The translations under genes were made by a program, and so were the position numbers. Of a stretch of DNA of 64,000 bases, positions 1 to 9,630 are shown piece after piece. Below the pieces are notes generated by a model. That model searched no databases. It worked only from the letters and a program-made list of their open reading frames with translations, and was not told the DNA's origin. Origin of the DNA: a virus (Duplodnaviria; Caudoviricetes); IMG/VR virus record IMGVR_UViG_3300038530_002083, positions 1-64,000 of that record. One strand, 5' to 3'. Within the stretch, counting starts at the first letter, position 1. Every line of letters starts with the position of its first letter.

Positions 1-26
1 TATATTCAACCAGAGGAGAAAAAATA

Positions 27-188
27 GTGGATAAAGGTTATCGCCAAAAGTGTTTTGATTCAGTGTTTTTATCACACAAGTGGGGAGATTCCACGAATAG
101 TGGAGTAAATTATAAGAGACGCTACAGTAAGACTAAACTACAAAATGGTCTTATTAAAGTAGACAGTAAAGGCAACGAAGTTAAGTAG
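27..188 (+). CDS. small hypothetical protein (53 aa, GTG start)
   Basis: GAGGAG RBS, GTG at 27, open to TAG at 188; not in the ORF track. Confidence 0.55.
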   Translation: MDKGYRQKCFDSVFLSHKWGDSTNSGVNYKRRYSKTKLQNGLIKVDSKGNEVK

Positions 189-206
189 AATAGGAGAAAT
201 ATAATT

Positions 207-1181
207 ATGGCATTTAAGAAGAAAGCAAAGAAACCTCAAAGCGCATCTAATGTAGATTGGAATGAGTTTAACCGTCATATTGAAGAACGGGTAGAAGCAG
301 CAATTGATGAGAATGGAGTGAACATGGATTGTTATGTTTCTATGTTGATTGACTCAGGAACACAACCTGCTCAAGACCCGTTCACCGAATATGAATGGGA
401 AGACTCTGACCAACAGAACAAGTTGTTAAAGAAAGACTTTGGTTGCTACGTTGAAGATGGTAAATTCTACATCCCTAACCGACCAATGGATAGTATCATC
501 TTGGCAGTAGACTTCCCTGATATTATGGTAGACTACGGGAAGTTTTTCTCAGAAGATAATACCTCTGAAGAACGTCCTTATCGCCACTATCTAGCAGGAG
601 ATTGGGAAGGTGTTGCAGGTTACACAGCAGCTATTATTGGTAAAGACGGGGCATACTCTGCACGTTCTACGATCACTAAGATTGCTAAAGCAGCTAATCT
701 AGTCAAAGGTAGTAAAGTTAAAGAAGATTTTAATATCGGTGATTTGATGGGCGCAGTATTCACTATGGATGTTGAAGTGTCTAGCGAAGAGAAGGGTGAT
801 AAATTCTATACGAATGTTAAAGCTACTAACCTAAGCGCACGTAATAAGAAACTTCCTCCTCTAGAGTGTGATATTGAGTGTGTTGGTATTATGATGAATC
901 TAGACGAAGATGATGAGCCTTACGTAGAAGAAGAACTTCGTCAGATTAATAGTAAAGTTATTAAACGTCTAGAAATGGCAGAAGAGTGGGAAGACTCTGA
1001 CCTCAAGAAAGCGTTAGAAAAGCTAGGTAAATTAAGCAGCGCTTCTAGCTCATCATCTTCTAAAGGTGAAGCCAAGAAACCTGCTCCTTCTTCTAAGAAG
1101 AAGTCGGTAGAACAAGAGCCTGATGAGGAATTAGGAGAAGATGACGATAACCCTTTCGCATTAGATGAAGACGAAGATTAA
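207..1181 (+). CDS. single-stranded DNA-binding/annealing protein (putative)
   Basis: Replication module, S/K-rich linker, acidic tail ending DDDNPFALDEDED. Confidence 0.6.
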   Translation: MAFKKKAKKPQSASNVDWNEFNRHIEERVEAAIDENGVNMDCYVSMLIDSGTQPAQDPFTEYEWEDSDQQNKLLKKDFGCYVEDGKFYIPNRPMDSIILAVDFPDIMVDYGKFFSEDNTSEERPYRHYLAGDWEGVAGYTAAIIGKDGAYSARSTITKIAKAANLVKGSKVKEDFNIGDLMGAVFTMDVEVSSEEKGDKFYTNVKATNLSARNKKLPPLECDIECVGIMMNLDEDDEPYVEEELRQINSKVIKRLEMAEEWEDSDLKKALEKLGKLSSASSSSSSKGEAKKPAPSSKKKSVEQEPDEELGEDDDNPFALDEDED

Positions 1182-1289
1182 TAACGTCATATAGCTAAAC
1201 ATAAGCAACTCTGAGAGGTTTTCTACAGTTATTAAGGTGTTAGTATACCTTAGTAGAAAAATCTTCTCAGAGAGCTTTATAGGAGGTTT

Positions 1290-1982
1290 ATGAGTAAATA
1301 CAGAAAAGGCTCTAAATTCGGAAGACTCGTAATCATAGAACGCCTAGAAGAAAAAGATTCTAGTAATTCTAAACTATGTCTGTGCTTATGCGAATGCGGT
1401 AATGAAGTAAAAAAGACCGTGAATTATTTAAATAACAGTGTGGTAGCTAGTTGTGGATGTTACGCAAGCGAATCTAGGTCTAGAAATATGACGGAGTTAT
1501 TCCTAAAACATGGGAGAAAAAATACAACCGAGTATACTTCTTGGTATGGTATGAAAAGAAGGTGTTGTGATAAAAATCACCCAAGTTATCCAAACTACGG
1601 AGGAAGAGGAATACAAGTATGTGATAGATGGGAAAATAGTTTTGAAAATTTTTATGAAGATATGGGGGATAAACCAAGAGAAGATTACTCTCTAGACCGC
1701 ATAGACTTAAATGAAAATTACACACCTCAAAATTGTAGATGGGCAAGTAGAAGTATGCAGAGCAGGAACACTAGACTAGTGAAAAACTCCTCTGTGAAAC
1801 TTAAAAATGGAAGTTATCTAGCAAGATTTACTTTACCTTCAGGTAAGAGATTATCTAAGTCTTTTTCAATTAAAAAATATGGAAAAGATTTAGCCGAACT
1901 GTGTGCGTCAGAATTTAAAGATAAATATGACGAGATGATTATAAATCATATTAAGAAAGGAGAAATAAATGTTTATACCTAA
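1290..1982 (+). CDS. HNH homing endonuclease with AP2-like C-terminus
   Basis: CLCECGN, SCGC, YGGRGIQVCDRW, SLDRIDLNENYTPQNCRWA motifs; RLSKSFSIKKYG tail. Confidence 0.85.
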   Translation: MSKYRKGSKFGRLVIIERLEEKDSSNSKLCLCLCECGNEVKKTVNYLNNSVVASCGCYASESRSRNMTELFLKHGRKNTTEYTSWYGMKRRCCDKNHPSYPNYGGRGIQVCDRWENSFENFYEDMGDKPREDYSLDRIDLNENYTPQNCRWASRSMQSRNTRLVKNSSVKLKNGSYLARFTLPSGKRLSKSFSIKKYGKDLAELCASEFKDKYDEMIINHIKKGEINVYT

Positions 1983-2247
1983 AGACCCTCAGAAAAAAGA
2001 GTTATTCTTAAAATCAGTCAATACATGCGTAGGATACCTACGAGAAATTGACACACTAAAAGAAGATATTAAACAAGAGAAAGATGCAATGGTCGAAATG
2101 TTTGGATGCACCGCAGCAGACTTCAATAACGTGGTTAAAGTAGTGTACGATAAAAATAAAGTAGAAGACCAAGTAGAGAAACTATCTATTAGTATTGCTA
2201 ATGCAGAAATATTACTAGGAGAACGTGAAGAAGAACAATCTGAATAA
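1969..2247 (+). CDS. small dsDNA-binding protein, T4 DsbA/GapR-like (putative)
   Basis: 92 aa helical, EIDTLKEDIK...FNNVVK pattern. Confidence 0.5.
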   Translation: MFIPKDPQKKELFLKSVNTCVGYLREIDTLKEDIKQEKDAMVEMFGCTAADFNNVVKVVYDKNKVEDQVEKLSISIANAEILLGEREEEQSE

Positions 2248-2256
2248 CTGATTATA

Positions 2257-2289
2257 AGAGGGAGGGAACTTTTCCTTCCCTCTATTTTT
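2257..2289 (+). terminator. intrinsic terminator
   Basis: AGAGGGAGGGAA/TTCCTTCCCTCT stem then ATTTTT. Confidence 0.7.
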
Positions 2290-2304
2290 GTATAAGAAGG
2301 TAAT

Positions 2305-2499
2305 ATGAAAGATTTAGAAGTTAGGCAATATAATCAAGCTACTGGGGAATTTAGGCATCTAAGAACGCTTCGAAAGGTTATAGATTGGGAAGTAAAGAAT
2401 GAAACTTTGTATGTATTGCAATCTTTAGAGGGAGAGAAATACAATTCAGTGTACATACTATCTAAAGGTGATAGTGTAGAGGAGGTAGACGTTGAGTAA
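2305..2499 (+). CDS. hypothetical protein
   Basis: ORF with RBS, coupled to next gene. Confidence 0.6.
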   Translation: MKDLEVRQYNQATGEFRHLRTLRKVIDWEVKNETLYVLQSLEGEKYNSVYILSKGDSVEEVDVE

Positions 2500-3586
2500 A
2501 TTCAATAAAAAAGGTAAAGCATCTGACTTAGAAGATGTATCAGACATAATCCCTTGGGAGGTAGACCCAGAAGTTACCACTGTAATTGATATGGATGAAC
2601 AAGTATTTATTACAGCAGCAGCTTGTGAGGAGCGATTAGTAGAATACACTAATGTAAATAATGAAGCTACCGCGCTATTCAAGAACCGAACGATGTTCAA
2701 GAATTTCATGGAAGGAATTGATTTTGACAAAGAGATGTTTACAGTAGAAGATGTACAAAAACCTGAGAAGGTTAGCTTTGCTATTAATACTCTTAAAAGA
2801 CGTTTAGACAATATCCTGAAGAAAACTAAATGCCACCCTGATAACATGGAATTGTATATAGATGGTTCTGGTAATTTCCGTGATGATCTACCCCTTGCGG
2901 TTAAGTATAAAGGTAATCGTGATGGGACTATCCGACCTGTCCTGTTGAAAGAGCTTAAAGAATACACGATCAATCATCTAGGAGCTAGTGTAGTAGATGA
3001 TATGGAAACAGATGACGTTGTGGTAATTCGTGTTACAGAGGGATATAAGGCAGGAGAAAAAGTAATAGGGGTAACTCAGGATAAAGATAGTCGTCAAGCA
3101 GAAGGTTGGTGGTTCAACTATGAAAAAGAAGCTAAACCTCATTTTGTAGAAGGATTTGGAAATCTTTGGTTAGATACAGATATTAAAGTTCCTGATGTAA
3201 AAGGTGAGGGATGGAAGTTCTTGTATTATCAGTTGATACATGCAGATAATGCGGATAACTATTGTAGCCGTGACACTTACACACGTATTTTAGTAGATGG
3301 TAAAATAGACGAGAAGAGGAAGAAGCCTCGTTGGGGTAGTAAAACTGCCTACACTGCACTACAGAAGTGTAAAAACCATAAACAATGTCTAGAACTTATC
3401 GTTAAGAAATACAAAGAGTGGTATGGTGAAGAAGAGTTTGAGTATCTAGATTGGAAAGATAATAAACACACTGCAACATGGTTAGATGTATTGTCTATGC
3501 AATTCCAGTTAGCGTATATGAAACGTTCCTATAAAGACAGTATTTGTATTAAGAACATACTTAAGAAGGTGAAGCTCATTGACTAA
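2492..3586 (+). CDS. 5'-3' exonuclease (T4 RNase H/T7 gp6-like)
   Basis: IDMD, NFR...YKGNR, ETDDVV, QDKD, ADNADNY acidic motifs; TTG start with GGAGG. Confidence 0.85.
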   Translation: MSKFNKKGKASDLEDVSDIIPWEVDPEVTTVIDMDEQVFITAAACEERLVEYTNVNNEATALFKNRTMFKNFMEGIDFDKEMFTVEDVQKPEKVSFAINTLKRRLDNILKKTKCHPDNMELYIDGSGNFRDDLPLAVKYKGNRDGTIRPVLLKELKEYTINHLGASVVDDMETDDVVVIRVTEGYKAGEKVIGVTQDKDSRQAEGWWFNYEKEAKPHFVEGFGNLWLDTDIKVPDVKGEGWKFLYYQLIHADNADNYCSRDTYTRILVDGKIDEKRKKPRWGSKTAYTALQKCKNHKQCLELIVKKYKEWYGEEEFEYLDWKDNKHTATWLDVLSMQFQLAYMKRSYKDSICIKNILKKVKLID

Positions 3587-4151
3587 TCGTATTAATCCTT
3601 GGGAACATAAACATGCTAAAGCTGTTAACTGGAAGACTAAGAGTAGTTACTTCTATTGGCTAAGAGGACAGATACGTAGGATATGGGCAGACAATCCTCT
3701 TAGAAAGGAATGGAAGAAATCTAAGTTACGTCCTGTTACTATGCAAGAGAAGATAGATAAAGTCTTCCATTCTAGCACAAAGAATGTAGCTCAGTGTTAT
3801 GTATGCGAAGAGTGGATGGCAGGGAGTAAACTTGAGGTAGACCATTTAGTAGGAGAATCTTCTTGTGTAGACTTCGATACTTCAGAGGAGTTTTTATGGC
3901 ATTGTGCGGCAGACAATCCTGATAATTGGGGGCTGATCTGTAAACCTTGTCATAAAAATAAAACCTATGCAGAACGCTATGGTTTAACTATGGAAGAAGC
4001 TAAAGCTACAAAGAAAGCTATCGAAATTGAGAAGGAGAAGCTCGTGGAGGAGACTTTAAAAGAATTAGGTGTAACTCCTGCCAGCAACGCTAAACTACGC
4101 AGGAAACAGCTTGTAGAAGCTTTTATGAAAGAAGGAGAAGATAATGGATGA
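3579..4151 (+). CDS. HNH endonuclease (CxxC..VDH..CxxCH), probably a core replication/recombination nuclease
   Basis: CYVC, EVDH, ICKPCHKNKT. Confidence 0.75.
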   Translation: MTNRINPWEHKHAKAVNWKTKSSYFYWLRGQIRRIWADNPLRKEWKKSKLRPVTMQEKIDKVFHSSTKNVAQCYVCEEWMAGSKLEVDHLVGESSCVDFDTSEEFLWHCAADNPDNWGLICKPCHKNKTYAERYGLTMEEAKATKKAIEIEKEKLVEETLKELGVTPASNAKLRRKQLVEAFMKEGEDNG

Positions 4152-4308
4152 AGATTTGTTAGGCGTTATTAGGGAAGGGTTAATTAGAGACGCTTGGGAG
4201 TTCACTAAGTACCTAGATGCTTGTGTAGGAGACGGGGATATAACTGAAGAGGAGTTAGAAGACCCTGCTTTAGTTCGGGATATGTTTAGAGAATATTTAG
4301 TATCATAA
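4144..4308 (+). CDS. small acidic hypothetical protein (54 aa)
   Basis: AAGGAG RBS, ATG at 4144, TAA at 4308. Confidence 0.55.
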   Translation: MDEDLLGVIREGLIRDAWEFTKYLDACVGDGDITEEELEDPALVRDMFREYLVS

Positions 4309-4318
4309 GGTAATTATA

Positions 4319-4606
4319 ATGTCAACAGTTGAAAGAAATAAAGGTAGACTTAAAGAGGTTTGTGTAACACAGATTATTGAAGAGTTTAAGGGTGCAGACT
4401 TAGATGATTTAGAGTGGTACACTGACGGTAAATATGTAAGAATAAAAGAAAAGTATTTTGAAGTGTATTGGGAAGTGAAGGGTAAAGAAGATTGTAGCTA
4501 CTTCTGTGAAGTAGAGGAAGATGACAGAGACGGAAGCATACATTTCCACACGCTTCACTACAATGGTGGTGGTCATTGGACAGAACTGTTAGAAGGGAGT
4601 ATTTAA
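4319..4606 (+). CDS. hypothetical protein
   Basis: ORF in operon. Confidence 0.65.
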   Translation: MSTVERNKGRLKEVCVTQIIEEFKGADLDDLEWYTDGKYVRIKEKYFEVYWEVKGKEDCSYFCEVEEDDRDGSIHFHTLHYNGGGHWTELLEGSI

Positions 4607-4842
4607 TGAGTAAACTATTACAGAAGTATGAAGAGTTCCTAGAGGAATTAGAATTAACAGTAGAGCCATTTCAAAAATTAGCATTACAAGAAACGTTCAC
4701 GAATGAAGAATGCCAAGACATGATAGCTGTATGTACGGCAGTGGCAATATTACGCGGGCAAGAGGAGATTAGTAAGGAATGTATTAGAGAAATCGAACAC
4801 GCATTAAAGGTTTTTAAACTGGAAGAGGATCTACTAAAATGA
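4606..4842 (+). CDS. hypothetical protein
   Basis: ATG at 4606 overlaps upstream stop (TAATG). Confidence 0.6.
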   Translation: MSKLLQKYEEFLEELELTVEPFQKLALQETFTNEECQDMIAVCTAVAILRGQEEISKECIREIEHALKVFKLEEDLLK

Positions 4843-5027
4843 GAATAAAATATGCGGAAGTACATTTAATACACCAATCTAGTCCTTGCACTATTTTAAA
4901 TGTAAGAAACACTTACACAAAAGACGGTATGTTTTGTGTAATGTACTACGATGAGGAGAAAGATATTATTGTAGATAAATTTCCTATAGCCAATATATTT
5001 AGAGTACGAGAAGGGGAAGTAAAGTGA
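4839..5027 (+). CDS. hypothetical protein
   Basis: ATGA-coupled ORF. Confidence 0.6.
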   Translation: MRIKYAEVHLIHQSSPCTILNVRNTYTKDGMFCVMYYDEEKDIIVDKFPIANIFRVREGEVK

Positions 5028-6250
5028 GTAGATTACTGTCAGAGCAAGATAAGAAAGTTATTGTAGAAGAGAAATTGAAAGGTACAGCTTCTCGTAAGAT
5101 AGGTGAAATGATTGGTCGTGGTAAGAGTACGGTTAATGATTATTATAACAAATATATTAGTGAACTATCTGAATCAGAGTCCTCTGATATTAGTGAAGCG
5201 GAGATTGAAACTTTGTGTGAGTCCTCTGATGTAGCTATATCAAATTTAGCTAAACGTCTACGGACTGCGCAACGAACTAACACTCAATTACGTAGAATAC
5301 AAAGAGAGATGTTTGACCAAGATGTTAACTTTAAGTCTCACATTAAGGCAGTAGAAAATGTGGTAGGACGAATTAACCCTAATCCAGTTAAAAACCTATC
5401 CAGCCCTTCTAACACAAAAGGGAAACCCCCCGCAACGATTGAAATTCTTTTCAGTGATTTGCAGATAGGTAAGGTAGGGGAACACTACGATACAAGTAAA
5501 GCCATTAAAGCTATTAAAGAATATGGAAATTCGGTATTATCTTATATAGATCGTATGTCTGAATATTACTTTATTGAGCGTATCGTATTTGAATCTTTAG
5601 GTGACATCGTAGAAGACCACATGAAGCATGGAGTGCAATCTGCCACATCTACAGACAGTGGTTTATCAGAGCAGATGGCTAATGCTATCACTTACGTATG
5701 GGAAGATGTATTGTACCCCCTTTTCTCTTTAGGAATCGACACTGATGTATTATGTATTGCAGGTAATCACGGAAGTAGTCAGCACAAAGGGATGGATATG
5801 TTTAAGGCAGGACTATACAGCTATGATTACACTATCTATAAAACATGGGAACTTCTGACAAAAGGTTGTGAGTTTAATAATGTTGAATTTATTATACCAG
5901 AAGGAGTCTTTGGATACCTGAACATTTACGGCAATTATCTAATAGCCGAGCATGGATATTTCAATAGTGCTACTGAGAAATCTATGACAGACCAAATGAA
6001 AAAACGAGGTCAACAGATAAAGAAGCATGTAGAGTATTTTCGTTGTGGAGATATGCACCACACATGCTCTTACGACAGTCACAGGTTAGTGTTAAATGGA
6101 GCATTCTTTGGGGTAGACCAAGGAGGTGTAGAGTATTCTGGTATCATTGGATTTAATTCTGTACCTTCTCAAGTGGTAATGTTACACAGTCCAGAGGAGC
6201 GTATAGGACGTAACACAGTTAAAGATTTCCATGTAATACAATTGGCATAA
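5024..6250 (+). CDS. calcineurin-like metallophosphoesterase with N-terminal HTH
   Basis: SRKIGEMIGRGKSTV HTH; SDLQ, LGD, AGNHG, EHG, GDMHH motifs. Confidence 0.8.
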   Translation: MSRLLSEQDKKVIVEEKLKGTASRKIGEMIGRGKSTVNDYYNKYISELSESESSDISEAEIETLCESSDVAISNLAKRLRTAQRTNTQLRRIQREMFDQDVNFKSHIKAVENVVGRINPNPVKNLSSPSNTKGKPPATIEILFSDLQIGKVGEHYDTSKAIKAIKEYGNSVLSYIDRMSEYYFIERIVFESLGDIVEDHMKHGVQSATSTDSGLSEQMANAITYVWEDVLYPLFSLGIDTDVLCIAGNHGSSQHKGMDMFKAGLYSYDYTIYKTWELLTKGCEFNNVEFIIPEGVFGYLNIYGNYLIAEHGYFNSATEKSMTDQMKKRGQQIKKHVEYFRCGDMHHTCSYDSHRLVLNGAFFGVDQGGVEYSGIIGFNSVPSQVVMLHSPEERIGRNTVKDFHVIQLA

Positions 6251-6261
6251 GGAGAAACTAA

Positions 6262-6840
6262 ATGACTAAGAAAGCGATCATATTTAACGCACCCCCTAAC
6301 GCAGGTAAAGACATAGCAGCAGAACATATTGTAAGCTACTTAAATAACAAAGGGGTAGCTGCTCACCATAAAGAGGTGAAGGAAAATCTCTTTAAGGCAG
6401 TTAAGTCTGCTTATGGAGTAGAAGAAGATTGGTGGGAGTATTTGTATGAACGTGAGCGTAAGGAACTGCCATCACATAGGCTTATGATACACAACGAGCC
6501 GTATTCTCCACGTAATGCTATGATCCATATGTCAGAGAACGTTCTTAAGCCTTTATTTGGTAAAGATGTATTCGGTATTATGGCAGCTAAGTCTTTAGAG
6601 GACGGGGTTAATGTATTCTCTGATGGAGGCTTCCCAGAAGAAGTGCAATGCATTTTAGATGAAGTAGGGGTGGATAATTTCTTGTTAGTGCATGTCAAAA
6701 GAGACGGTTGTTCTTTTGAAGGTGATAGTAGAAACTATGTAGAAGGTTTCCCTAATACTGTCACTATAAATAACAACAGTACCTTAGAGGATTACCTTGA
6801 ATTTTGTAAAGATCTAGTGGAGGTATTTATCCATGACTAA
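6262..6840 (+). CDS. deoxynucleoside monophosphate kinase
   Basis: P-loop NAPPNAGKD, SPRNAMI, SDGGFPEE, INNNSTL. Confidence 0.8.
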   Translation: MTKKAIIFNAPPNAGKDIAAEHIVSYLNNKGVAAHHKEVKENLFKAVKSAYGVEEDWWEYLYERERKELPSHRLMIHNEPYSPRNAMIHMSENVLKPLFGKDVFGIMAAKSLEDGVNVFSDGGFPEEVQCILDEVGVDNFLLVHVKRDGCSFEGDSRNYVEGFPNTVTINNNSTLEDYLEFCKDLVEVFIHD

Positions 6841-7420
6841 ACCTTATATCGGAACATACACTAATAAAAAGTTTTACTTCTTAGAGCCAGAGCCTGATCA
6901 GATTTGCATTGAAGATATTGCCCAAGCTCTTTCGATGAATTGTCGTTTTAGTGGTCATGTATCTAAGTTTTATTCTGTAGCAGAACATTGCTGTATTATC
7001 GCAGACTTAGTAGAAGCAGCAGATAGGGGCAGTTCAGAAGTATTGGCTGCTTTATTACATGATGCTAGTGAAGCTTACATTTGTGATATACCTCGTCCTA
7101 TTAAACCATATCTAGATAATTACTTTGATATGGAATTAAAGATTGAAAAGGTTATTCAACAAAAGTACAATATCACTGCTAAGACAGAAATAATTGATTA
7201 TTACGATTATCATATCTGTGGAGAAGAAGCTAGACAACTGTTTCTTCATGCACCTGATTGGGTGACGGAATTTGATAGATTGTCAGGGGTTAAGATTAAA
7301 TCATGGACACCAGAACAAGCTAAGAAGGAATTTCTTGACAGATTTGATAGGCTAAATTACCATGCAAACATCGAAACCCCAGAGGAAAAGGAGTGGTTTG
7401 ATAGTCTTAGCGCTTCCTAG
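6833..7420 (+). CDS. HD-domain phosphohydrolase (YfbR/YfdR-like deoxynucleotidase)
   Basis: RFSGH, YSVAEH, LLHDASEAY..D. Confidence 0.85.
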   Translation: MTKPYIGTYTNKKFYFLEPEPDQICIEDIAQALSMNCRFSGHVSKFYSVAEHCCIIADLVEAADRGSSEVLAALLHDASEAYICDIPRPIKPYLDNYFDMELKIEKVIQQKYNITAKTEIIDYYDYHICGEEARQLFLHAPDWVTEFDRLSGVKIKSWTPEQAKKEFLDRFDRLNYHANIETPEEKEWFDSLSAS

Positions 7421-7522
7421 AATCAATTCTAAGAGGTTTTATCAAAGAAGTAATGTGATTGACAGGAGTAGGCGAGAAGTCTCCTCCTAGAAGCATACAA
7501 AGAGGATTAGGAGAGATTAATA

Positions 7523-7855
7523 ATGAATAGCTTAGATACTTTTAATAGTATTAAAGATAAACACCACACAAATATGAACGCGATAGGGTATACACATTGG
7601 TTGTGGGTAGAAGAGATGGGGTGGCATAACACAACCTTACTAGAAAAGTTAGCATTAGTTACAAGCGAAGTAGGAGAGGCTGTTAATGAGTGTCGAGGGG
7701 AAGAACCTACTTATGATTTTCAATATGAATTGGCAGATATCGTATTAAGGGTAATGGATATTGCTGCGGATTGTAACATAGATTTGTACAAGGCAATAAT
7801 GACAAAGATAGGTACAAACATAAGTAAAGGTAATTACAAGAAGCGCTCGAAATAA
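7523..7855 (+). CDS. MazG-like nucleotide pyrophosphohydrolase
   Basis: SEVGEA...ELADIVLR. Confidence 0.85.
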   Translation: MNSLDTFNSIKDKHHTNMNAIGYTHWLWVEEMGWHNTTLLEKLALVTSEVGEAVNECRGEEPTYDFQYELADIVLRVMDIAADCNIDLYKAIMTKIGTNISKGNYKKRSK

Positions 7856-7872
7856 AGAAAGAGGAGATATAA

Positions 7873-8505
7873 ATGTATAAAAGTAAGTTATTAAAATACC
7901 CAGACTATGATTTGACTTGGTTTTGGGATGAAGTGATGAAGTTCAATGGTATTGCTAACCCAGATGGAGTTACAGAAGGAAAACAACTTCCTATTATTAA
8001 AAGTGAATTACAAGAAATCCTTGATAGTAAAAATGAAACAGAGTTTATGGACGGGATTATTGATGGGTTAGTGACCTTAGCTCCTTTAGTAGAACGTAGA
8101 GCATTCAATGTGTATTACTATGGCAACTATAATACAACTTTTGATAGAGGTTATGGTTACGACGATTTAGAGGATAAATTGAGTGAGTATATTACAGAGC
8201 AAGAATTCGGTGGCTTCGATCATCACATCATGGTACATGCGCTTCTTAGTGTTCTGGTATGTGACGAGTGCCATTACGAGAATAATTGTGAGAGTGTATT
8301 GGCAAGTAATATGTCGAAGTTTATCCCGATTGACCTCTACCACGAAAGCCATTATGCAGAAGTTGTGGCAGCGTATCCACAACATACAGTAACTAAAGTA
8401 ATTAGAGAGTATGAAGGAGAGGAATTTGTTGTATTCTTTAATGAAAATGGTAAGATATTGAAAGGGCATAGTTATTATTTTGACCCAGTGCTTGTATGTG
8501 AATAA
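7873..8505 (+). CDS. MazG/PRA-PH-like NTP pyrophosphohydrolase (divergent)
   Basis: SELQE..DGIIDGLV, SNMSKF, GKILKG. Confidence 0.65.
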   Translation: MYKSKLLKYPDYDLTWFWDEVMKFNGIANPDGVTEGKQLPIIKSELQEILDSKNETEFMDGIIDGLVTLAPLVERRAFNVYYYGNYNTTFDRGYGYDDLEDKLSEYITEQEFGGFDHHIMVHALLSVLVCDECHYENNCESVLASNMSKFIPIDLYHESHYAEVVAAYPQHTVTKVIREYEGEEFVVFFNENGKILKGHSYYFDPVLVCE

Positions 8506-8520
8506 TGAATAATTTATAAG

Positions 8521-8548
8521 TTGACTTTAATAACTTTTATAGTATAAT
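8521..8548 (+). promoter_or_regulatory. sigma70-type promoter
   Basis: TTGACT-N16-TATAAT. Confidence 0.65.
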
Positions 8549-8582
8549 AATGGTCTGACTATAACAAACAGGAATAAAGAGT

Positions 8583-8786
8583 ATGAGAGTTAATTTAGAG
8601 GGTGAACCTCTTAGTAAAGGTGTTACTGAGATTGAGGTAGACGACTTGTGCGAGATTCAATTTGTGGATGATGATATTATTGAGTTGAACATTGAAGGGG
8701 AGTTATTTTCGTTAGACATTAACCGAGTAAAACGTTTAATCAAAGGTTTAGAGTTAGCAGTAAAGGAGATGTTAGAGGATGAGTGA
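8583..8786 (+). CDS. hypothetical protein
   Basis: ORF downstream of promoter. Confidence 0.6.
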   Translation: MRVNLEGEPLSKGVTEIEVDDLCEIQFVDDDIIELNIEGELFSLDINRVKRLIKGLELAVKEMLEDE

Positions 8787-9630
8787 AGACCCTGATAATT
8801 GTAAGTTAAACCAATTCGATAAGTACCGTCTATGTAGGTACAAAGAGGGTTACACTTTCGTTAACAGGAATGACAATTACACCGTCATATTAAGAGAAGG
8901 AAGTAAGATGGATGTAAGGTCTGAAAAACATGGAAACACAATTAAAGATGTTTATGTATCCAATGTAAAACGAGGAGACAAGATAGTAAATCCCCTAGAA
9001 AAATCGGTATATGGGGTAGGGTATTTAGGAGAGGGTGCGCCTAAATATGTGACTAAACTGAAATCATACTGGATGTGGAAAAATATGTTACAGCGGTGTT
9101 ATTTTACACGGTCAGACTCAAACAATTCTAAGTATATAGAAGATGTAGTTGTTTGCGAGGAGTGGCATTGTTTCCATAATTTCGATAAATGGTTTAATGA
9201 AAATTACCCATCTGATAAGAAAGGTATCAACTTTGAGTTAGATAAAGATATGCACTATATTACAGAAGTTAATTATAAAGGTAAGAAAGAGTATTCACCA
9301 CTTACTTGCGTTTTCCTACCTAAAAATGTAAACAATGCTCTTGTTTGTATAGATAAAAGGCTTCGTAATAGAGAATCAGGTGTGTTCCGTAAAGGAAAAA
9401 AGTACAAAATATCTATGGAAAAAGATATTTATTTTAAATTTAAAGAGGATGCCATTAAGGTTAAAATAACAGAGTCCTATTTAAAAGTAAAAACCTTACT
9501 TGTAGAAAATAAGGATATATTAAAATATGAAACTTCGGAAAAACTTAAAAGCGTGTTAAAACTTTTAATAGATTTACATAAAGAAAAAGGAGAATTAAAT
9601 GAAACTAGCCACAGCGTCTTGGTGTGTTAA
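8779..9630 (+). CDS. HNH-type homing endonuclease
   Basis: YGVGYLG, WKNMLQRCY, VCEEWHCFHNF, LDKD, YSPLTC..P..VN. Confidence 0.8.
   Translation: MSEDPDNCKLNQFDKYRLCRYKEGYTFVNRNDNYTVILREGSKMDVRSEKHGNTIKDVYVSNVKRGDKIVNPLEKSVYGVGYLGEGAPKYVTKLKSYWMWKNMLQRCYFTRSDSNNSKYIEDVVVCEEWHCFHNFDKWFNENYPSDKKGINFELDKDMHYITEVNYKGKKEYSPLTCVFLPKNVNNALVCIDKRLRNRESGVFRKGKKYKISMEKDIYFKFKEDAIKVKITESYLKVKTLLVENKDILKYETSEKLKSVLKLLIDLHKEKGELNETSHSVLVC

Noticed and set aside
6833-7855. 2-aminoadenine (Z) genome system (datZ/mazZ)
   Set aside because: No purZ in the window and an NPPF methyltransferase is present; kept only as an open possibility
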